DNA from: Candidatus Desantisbacteria bacterium CG1_02_49_89
Lineage (GTDB): Bacteria > Desantisbacteria > UBA1551
DNA length: 32,636 nt
Reading direction: 5' to 3'
Assembly (NCBI GenBank): GCA_001871075.1
Contig: MNUP01000130.1
Coordinates: forward strand, 1 to 32,636
The notes beneath the pieces are model-generated. The model did no database searches. It had not been told where the DNA came from and saw only the letters and a list, made by a program, of their open reading frames with translations. Shown piece after piece: positions 27,160 to 32,636 of the stretch. The position numbers and the translations under genes were made by a program. Position 1 is the first letter of the stretch. Each line of letters begins with the position of its first letter.

Positions 27160-28092
27160 ATGGAAATAGCGACAAGAGATGCTTACGGAAAAGCGCTTGC
27201 GGACCTGGGCTTGACAAACCCGAACATTGTGGTGCTTGACGCGGACCTTTCAAAGTCGACCAAGACCGTAGAATTCTGTAAGGCGTTCCCGGACAGGTTC
27301 TTTAACATGGGGGTTGCCGAGGCGAATATGATAGGGACCGCCGCGGGCCTTGCCACCTGCGGGAAGATCGCTTTCGCTTCCACGTTCGCTGTTTTCGCCA
27401 CGGGGAGGGTATACGACCAGATAAGAATGTGTCTGTGCTACCCGAAAACCAACGTCAAGATATGCGCGACGCACGCCGGTATTTCGGTCGGCGAGGACGG
27501 GGCTTCGCACCAGAGCAACGAGGATATAGCCCTGATGAGGGTGCTGCCTAACATGACCGTAATAGTTCCCGCTGACGGGGTTGAAACAGAGAAGGCGGTA
27601 GCGGTGATCGCTGAGTACGCGGGGCCGGTATACCTGCGCCTGGGCCGTTTAAAACTGCCGGTTATTTTTAGCCAGGACTATAAATTTGAGATCGGCAGGG
27701 GCGTTCAGCTTAAGGGCGGCGCCGATGTTTCGATAATCGCGTGCGGCCTGATGGTCCACGAGGCGCTCAAGGCTTCGGAAGAGCTTTTGAAAGAGGGGAT
27801 CAGGGCAGGGGTCGTGAACATGTCTTCGGTGAAACCTCTGGATGAGGCGCTGGTCGCAAGGTGCGCGAAGGAAACAGGCGCTCTGGTAACCGCGGAGGAG
27901 CATATGGTTACAGGAGGCCTGGGCGATGCAGTTTCGGAGGTTGCCTGCAGGACGCATCCTGTCCCGGTGATACGCGTGGGCGTGACGAAATTCGGCGAAT
28001 CCGGAAGCCCCAAAGAACTGCTTGAGAAATACGGGCTTACGGCAGGCGCGGTAGCAGGGGCTTGCAGGGAAGCGATAAGGATGAAAAAATGA
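27160..28092 (+). CDS. Transketolase, C-terminal subunit
   Basis: ATRDAYG, GVAEANM, GEDGASHQ, GPVYLRLGR and AEEH...GGLG. Confidence 0.93.
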   Translation: MEIATRDAYGKALADLGLTNPNIVVLDADLSKSTKTVEFCKAFPDRFFNMGVAEANMIGTAAGLATCGKIAFASTFAVFATGRVYDQIRMCLCYPKTNVKICATHAGISVGEDGASHQSNEDIALMRVLPNMTVIVPADGVETEKAVAVIAEYAGPVYLRLGRLKLPVIFSQDYKFEIGRGVQLKGGADVSIIACGLMVHEALKASEELLKEGIRAGVVNMSSVKPLDEALVARCAKETGALVTAEEHMVTGGLGDAVSEVACRTHPVPVIRVGVTKFGESGSPKELLEKYGLTAGAVAGACREAIRMKK

Positions 28093-28613
28093 ACCGCTTG
28101 AGCATCGCGGCAATTATTGTTTCAATCGCAGTGATCGCGGCCACGGGATACGGCGTGTTCAGGTTCTACGGCTTTACTTCATCGGTAAGGGAAAAAATAG
28201 AAATGGCCGTGTACCTTGAAAACGGAGCGGATACACCCGCCCTGCGGGCGGATATAAGCAGGATAACAGAGGTCAGGAGCGTTGTTTTCATTTCTAAGGA
28301 AGAGGCGCTCCGGATGCTCAAGAGAGAGATGGGCGACACCGGCATTTTCACCGCCATACCTTCAAACCCGCTGCCTGATTCACTGATAGTGAAGCTGAAG
28401 TCGAAATACGCGGCGGCTGAAAATTTCGAGAAGGTCCGCAACAGCCTGGGGCTTCTGCCCGGAGTTTCTGAAGTTGCCTATGAGAAAAAATTCCTTGAAA
28501 GATCCCTGCCGCTGGTGACTCTGGGCGAGAAAATAGCGCTTGTATGCGGCCTGGTGCTCATAGGATACGCAAGCTTCACGATCATACTTGCGGTCAGGGC
28601 GTCAGGGGCTTAA
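28089..28613 (+). CDS. Short FtsX-like protein (TM, extracellular domain, TM)
   Basis: ATGA overlap with the transketolase stop. EMAVYL, FISKEEAL, NPLPDSLIVK and LPGVSEV are FtsX extracellular-domain motifs. Confidence 0.7.
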   Translation: MNRLSIAAIIVSIAVIAATGYGVFRFYGFTSSVREKIEMAVYLENGADTPALRADISRITEVRSVVFISKEEALRMLKREMGDTGIFTAIPSNPLPDSLIVKLKSKYAAAENFEKVRNSLGLLPGVSEVAYEKKFLERSLPLVTLGEKIALVCGLVLIGYASFTIILAVRASGA

Positions 28614-28615
28614 TC

Positions 28616-29653
28616 ATGGGCGGAATCTCAGAAGACTTTGACAAATTTGAGAAGAGATACGCTGAACTGCACGACATGTTCGGAGCCGCGGGGGTCCAGG
28701 GCAAGGACCTTGCGAACTGTGCCAGGGAATTCGCGTTCCTTGAAAAATTGATACCGAAAATAAATGGATGCAGGAAGATCGCCAGGGAGATAGAGGACGC
28801 GAAAGCGCTCCTTGCATCGGATGACAAAGAAATGCGCGGCCTCGCGGCGCAGGAGCTTGAAAAGCTGGAAGGATCAAAGGACGCACTCGAAGAGGAGATC
28901 AGGGGAATAATATCTCCGGGCGAGGACGACAAGAACGTTATCATGGAGATAAGAGCCGGCACGGGCGGCGAGGAATCCGCGCTTTTCGCGAGCGACCTGT
29001 ACAGGATGTATGCAAGGTATATCGAGCGCAAGAAATGGAAGAGCGAGACATTAAGCTCGCACCCGATCGGCATAGGCGGTTTCAAGGAAATAATATTCAG
29101 GGTCGAGGGAAAAAGCTCTTACAAGAACCTGAAATTTGAAAGCGGGGTGCACAGGGTCCAGAGGGTCCCTGTCACGGAAGCCAGCGGCAGGATCCATACT
29201 TCCACCGCGACGGTTGCGGTGCTGCCTGAGGTTGAGGACGTGGAGATCGAGATAAAACCCGAGGAGATCCGCCTGGACACGTACCGTTCTTCCGGGCCCG
29301 GAGGGCAGGCGATGCAGAAGACCGATTCCGCGGTAAGGATAACGCACATACCCACGGGGATCGTCGTGTCCTGCCAGGATGAAAGGTCCCAGATAAAAAA
29401 CAAGCTTCAGGCGATGTCCATACTGCGGGCAAAGCTTTACTCCATGAAAGAGCAGGAACAGCATGACAGCATTTCAAAAGAGCGCAGGAGCCAGGTAGGG
29501 ACAGGCGAGCGCAGCGAAAAGATCAGGACTTACAACTACCCGCAGAACCGCGTTACCGACCACAGGATAAATAAGAGCGTGCATAACCTCACCGAGATCA
29601 TGGAAGGGGGCCTGGACGAATTCATAGAGGCGCTTGCCAAAAATCTGAAATGA
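28616..29653 (+). CDS. prfA: Peptide chain release factor 1
   Basis: EIRAGTGGEESALF, ESGVHRVQRVPVTE (PxT motif), GGQ and SEKIRTYNYPQNRVTDHRI. Confidence 0.96.
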   Translation: MGGISEDFDKFEKRYAELHDMFGAAGVQGKDLANCAREFAFLEKLIPKINGCRKIAREIEDAKALLASDDKEMRGLAAQELEKLEGSKDALEEEIRGIISPGEDDKNVIMEIRAGTGGEESALFASDLYRMYARYIERKKWKSETLSSHPIGIGGFKEIIFRVEGKSSYKNLKFESGVHRVQRVPVTEASGRIHTSTATVAVLPEVEDVEIEIKPEEIRLDTYRSSGPGGQAMQKTDSAVRITHIPTGIVVSCQDERSQIKNKLQAMSILRAKLYSMKEQEQHDSISKERRSQVGTGERSEKIRTYNYPQNRVTDHRINKSVHNLTEIMEGGLDEFIEALAKNLK

Positions 29654-30519
29654 AAAAAACAGCGGAATTGCTTAACTGGGCGCAGGAACAGCTGAGGGAT
29701 GCCGGCATACCGGAGGCGGAGGCGGAATCCGAACTGCTGCTTGAAGAACATACGGGGCTTACGCGCACAGGGCTTTACATGAACCTTGGCAGCTGCGCAA
29801 GCATGGACGAGGAACTGTTAGAGGACAGGATAGCGAAGCGCAGGAACCGCTTTCCGCTCGCGTATATAATAGGAAAGGCGCGTTTTATGGGTTTTGACTT
29901 CCTGGTTGATGAACGCGTGCTTATCCCGCGCCAGGAAACCGAGCTGCTGGTCGAAAATACCGTGAATACGTCGTACGTCGTACGTCGTACGTCGAACAAC
30001 GAAATATCAATATTAGATATAGGGACGGGAAGCGGGAATATAGCGGTTTCACTGGCAAAGCTGATCCCTGAAGCGAAAATATTCGCGACAGATATTTCTG
30101 AAGACGCGCTTGCGGTTGCGGAAAAGAACGCGGTCCTTAACACGGTCAGGGATGAAATTACTTTCATCCGCTCGGACCTGTTTTTGGGGATCGGGAACCT
30201 GCGGAAGAACAGCGTTGATATAATTGTTTCAAACCCGCCGTATATCCCTGCCGCGCAGATCGCCGGATTACAGCCCGAGATCCGTTTCGAGCCGCGCATT
30301 GCCCTGGATGGCGGCGAAGACGGCGCGGATTTCCACAGGAGAATAATAAGCGAAGCCCCCGCATACCTCAGGAACGGCGGTTTTCTTTTCATGGAAATGG
30401 GCGCGGGCCAGTCCGCGGGTATTACGGGTATGGTTTCCAAGAACGGGAATTACGTAAAATTTGGCATAATAAAGGATTACGCGGGCATCGACCGCATTGT
30501 CTGGGCGGTTAAAAGATAA
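29650..30519 (+). CDS. prmC: Release factor glutamine methyltransferase
   Basis: PLAYIIG, VLIPRQETELLVE, LDIGTGSG, SNPPY and ALDGGEDG; follows prfA. Confidence 0.95.
   Translation: MKKTAELLNWAQEQLRDAGIPEAEAESELLLEEHTGLTRTGLYMNLGSCASMDEELLEDRIAKRRNRFPLAYIIGKARFMGFDFLVDERVLIPRQETELLVENTVNTSYVVRRTSNNEISILDIGTGSGNIAVSLAKLIPEAKIFATDISEDALAVAEKNAVLNTVRDEITFIRSDLFLGIGNLRKNSVDIIVSNPPYIPAAQIAGLQPEIRFEPRIALDGGEDGADFHRRIISEAPAYLRNGGFLFMEMGAGQSAGITGMVSKNGNYVKFGIIKDYAGIDRIVWAVKR
29967..29994. repeat. (TACGTCG)4 inside prmC
   Basis: Four perfect heptamers within the stretch encoding TSYVVRRTS. Confidence 0.95.
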
Positions 30520-30636
30520 ACCACGGAGACACAGAGACACGGAGAAAAACCATTAACCACGCGATTACACTCGATTTTCACAAGATTAATATCTAGCATA
30601 ACTTAAATATCTCTGTGCCTCCGTGCCTCTGTGGTT
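30519..30636. repeat. Inverted octamer arrays (CACRGAGR)n
   Basis: AACCACGGAGACACAGAGACACGGAGA (30519-30545) pairs with TCTCTGTGCCTCCGTGCCTCTGTGGTT (30610-30636). A lone left arm lies at 27046-27072. Confidence 0.85.
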
Positions 30637-30654
30637 ATTTTGGAAGGATTTAAA

Positions 30655-31908
30655 ATGGCGAAGCTCATAATAGAAGGCGGGAAACCCCTTGAGGGTGAAG
30701 TAAAAATATCCGGGTCCAAGAACGCGTCCCTGCCAATAATGGCCGCAACGCTTCTGGCAGACGGGGAATGCTTCCTGGACAACGTCCCGAAGGTCTGGGA
30801 CGTCAGGAGTATGGGTTTCGTGCTGCGCACGCTGGGGATGAGGGTCGAGGAGCAGGACGGACGTTTTAAGATAATCCCTCCGAAAATGCTGCATTATGAA
30901 GCGCCGTATGAACTGGTCAGGACAATGCGCGCTTCAGTGCTGGTGCTGGGGCCGCTTCTTGCCAGGCTGAGGCACGCGAGGGTTTCAATGCCCGGCGGGT
31001 GCGCTATAGGCGTAAGGCCGGTTGACCTGCACCTGAAAGGCCTTGCCAGAATGGGCGCCGAAATATCGATAAAGGAAGGTTACATAGAGGCGCACGCGAA
31101 GGGCGGGCTCAAGGGAGCGCGGATATGTTTCGAAAAGAAAAGCGTGGGAGCCACTGAAAACATAATAATGGCGGCGGCCCTGGCAAAAGGAAAAACTTAC
31201 GTGGAGAACGCCGCGATGGAACCGGAGATAACCGACCTTGCCGGGTTCCTGAACAGGATGGGAGCGAAGATAAAGAATACCGGCCCCGGCTGCCTGGAGA
31301 TCACCGGCGTTGAAAGGCTCAAAGGCACTTTTTACCGGGTGATACCCGACAGGATAGAAACAGGCACGTTCCTGATAGCCGGCGCCGCGGCTGGCGGTGA
31401 AGTCACGCTGAAGGACGTCCGGCCTGACCATGTCAAGATCATCACGGACAAGCTGAAGAAGATGGGAACATCCGTAGACATTAAAAAAAATTCGATGACC
31501 GTCTCGGGGAAAAAAAGGCTGAAGGGAGCCGAGATCGACACGGACCCGTTCCCGGGTTTCCCGACGGACCTGCAGCCGCAGATGATGAGCCTGCTGTGCG
31601 TGTGCAGGGGCAAAAGCGTTGTCAGGGAGACGATTTTTGAGAACAGGTTCATGCACATAGGCGAGCTTCAGAGAATGGGCGCCAGGGTGGAGATCCGCGG
31701 GAACAGCGCGGTCATCACCGGGGTTGAATATTTAAACGGTACTTCCGTGATGGCTTCTGACATAAGGTGCGGCGCGGCTCTGGTTGTCGCAGGCCTTGAG
31801 GCGCGGGGTGAAACATGCATCTCCAGGATCTACCATATAGACCGCGGCTATGAGAAAATAGAGGACAAGTTCAAAAGCCTCGGCGCGCGGATAAAAAGGA
31901 CAAGTTGA
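30655..31908 (+). CDS. murA: UDP-N-acetylglucosamine 1-carboxyvinyltransferase
   Basis: SGSKNASLP, MRAS, PGGCAIGVRPVDLH, SVGATEN, PGFPTDLQPQ and FENRFMH; ATG at 30655 after GAAGG. Confidence 0.97.
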   Translation: MAKLIIEGGKPLEGEVKISGSKNASLPIMAATLLADGECFLDNVPKVWDVRSMGFVLRTLGMRVEEQDGRFKIIPPKMLHYEAPYELVRTMRASVLVLGPLLARLRHARVSMPGGCAIGVRPVDLHLKGLARMGAEISIKEGYIEAHAKGGLKGARICFEKKSVGATENIIMAAALAKGKTYVENAAMEPEITDLAGFLNRMGAKIKNTGPGCLEITGVERLKGTFYRVIPDRIETGTFLIAGAAAGGEVTLKDVRPDHVKIITDKLKKMGTSVDIKKNSMTVSGKKRLKGAEIDTDPFPGFPTDLQPQMMSLLCVCRGKSVVRETIFENRFMHIGELQRMGARVEIRGNSAVITGVEYLNGTSVMASDIRCGAALVVAGLEARGETCISRIYHIDRGYEKIEDKFKSLGARIKRTS

Positions 31909-31909
31909 A

Positions 31910-32636
31910 ATGAAGATATTCAGGTGGAATACCGCCAGGGCCAAAAGTTATATCGCTGAAATTTCCTGCCGCAGCTCCCGCGGCGCGGCGGGCAAAGAAA
32001 AAGAAGCCGGGAGGATCGTAGACGACGTGCGCCGCAACGGTGACAGGGCACTGCGGAAATACACGAGAAGGTTCGATGCCCCGGTCAGGAACATCCGGGT
32101 CACACAGGCGGAGATCGCGGAGGCATACAGGAAAGTGGACCCGGCTTTTGTTTTTACCGTCGACGAACTTGCCGGGCGCGTCGCTGAATTTGAAAAAAAA
32201 TCCGTCCAGAAGTCGTGGATGAAAGAATCCGCGGGGGTGATCGCGGGGCAGTACGTGAACCCCGTTGAAAGCGTGGGTATATACGTGCCGGGAGGCAAAG
32301 CCGCGTATCCCTCCTCGCTGATAATGTGCGCGGTCCCGGCAAGGCTTGCCGGGGTCAAAAGGATCGTTGTGGTAACTCCGCCCGGCAGGGATGGCAGGAT
32401 AAATCCCTGCGTGCTTACCGCCGCGGCGAGAATGTCCATAAAAGAGATATATAAGGCCGGAGGCGCTCAGGCGGTCGCCGCGCTCGCGTACGGCACCAGG
32501 ACCATAAAAAAAGTCGATAAAATAGTGGGCCCCGGGAATGTTTATGTCAGCGCGGCGAAAAAGCTCGTCCGGGGTGACGTTGAGATCGACATCCTGGCAG
32601 GCCCTTCGGAGATCCTGGTGCTTGCCGACGGGAAAG
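31910..32636 (+). CDS. hisD: Histidinol dehydrogenase, 3'-truncated by the window
   Basis: Translated by hand because it is absent from the ORF track: VRRNGDRALRKYTRRFD, VGIYVPGGKAAYPSS, GGAQAVAALAYGT, KIVGPGNVYV and AGPSEILVLAD. Confidence 0.95.
   Translation, partial: MKIFRWNTARAKSYIAEISCRSSRGAAGKEKEAGRIVDDVRRNGDRALRKYTRRFDAPVRNIRVTQAEIAEAYRKVDPAFVFTVDELAGRVAEFEKKSVQKSWMKESAGVIAGQYVNPVESVGIYVPGGKAAYPSSLIMCAVPARLAGVKRIVVVTPPGRDGRINPCVLTAAARMSIKEIYKAGGAQAVAALAYGTRTIKKVDKIVGPGNVYVSAAKKLVRGDVEIDILAGPSEILVLADGK

Noticed and set aside
31948-32439. Minus-strand ORFs here and throughout the window
   Set aside because: They are shadows of well-supported + strand genes (here hisD) and have no independent motifs.

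Overview
Bacterial chromosomal window with all credible genes on the + strand; I cannot assign the taxon. Left arm (1-11153): a cluster of secreted/carbohydrate-related genes, including a GH99-like hydrolase that appears split by a frameshift at a heptamer repeat, then comEC and an endonuclease-Q-family gene. Centre (about 11150-24007): a visibly AT-richer accessory island with no integrase. It holds (i) a cluster of REP-like palindromes, (ii) an array of ORF6N and AlbA/HATPase regulator genes and gene fragments delimited by four copies of a 22-bp direct repeat, (iii) an intact four-gene operon encoding an N4-cytosine-type methyltransferase, a Csa1/Cas4-like nuclease, an unknown protein and an AAA+ ATPase, with no CRISPR array in the window, and (iv) a type III-like R-M locus with a MITE-interrupted mod, a frameshifted helicase and a stand-alone TnsA-like nuclease. 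Right arm (24021-32636): cutA, an HhH-GPD glycosylase, a small ORF/nucleotidyltransferase pair, split transketolase, an FtsX-like gene, prfA, prmC, murA and partial hisD. The most unusual signals are a family of 25-bp co-varying palindromes that encode the variable segment of the ORF6N proteins and also occur as spare copies, the MTase-Csa1-ATPase operon, and many nested micro-repeats (7/8/9-mers, REP-like hairpins, TA-flanked MITEs) in both spacers and genes. All family assignments come from motif recognition by eye; no database search was run.
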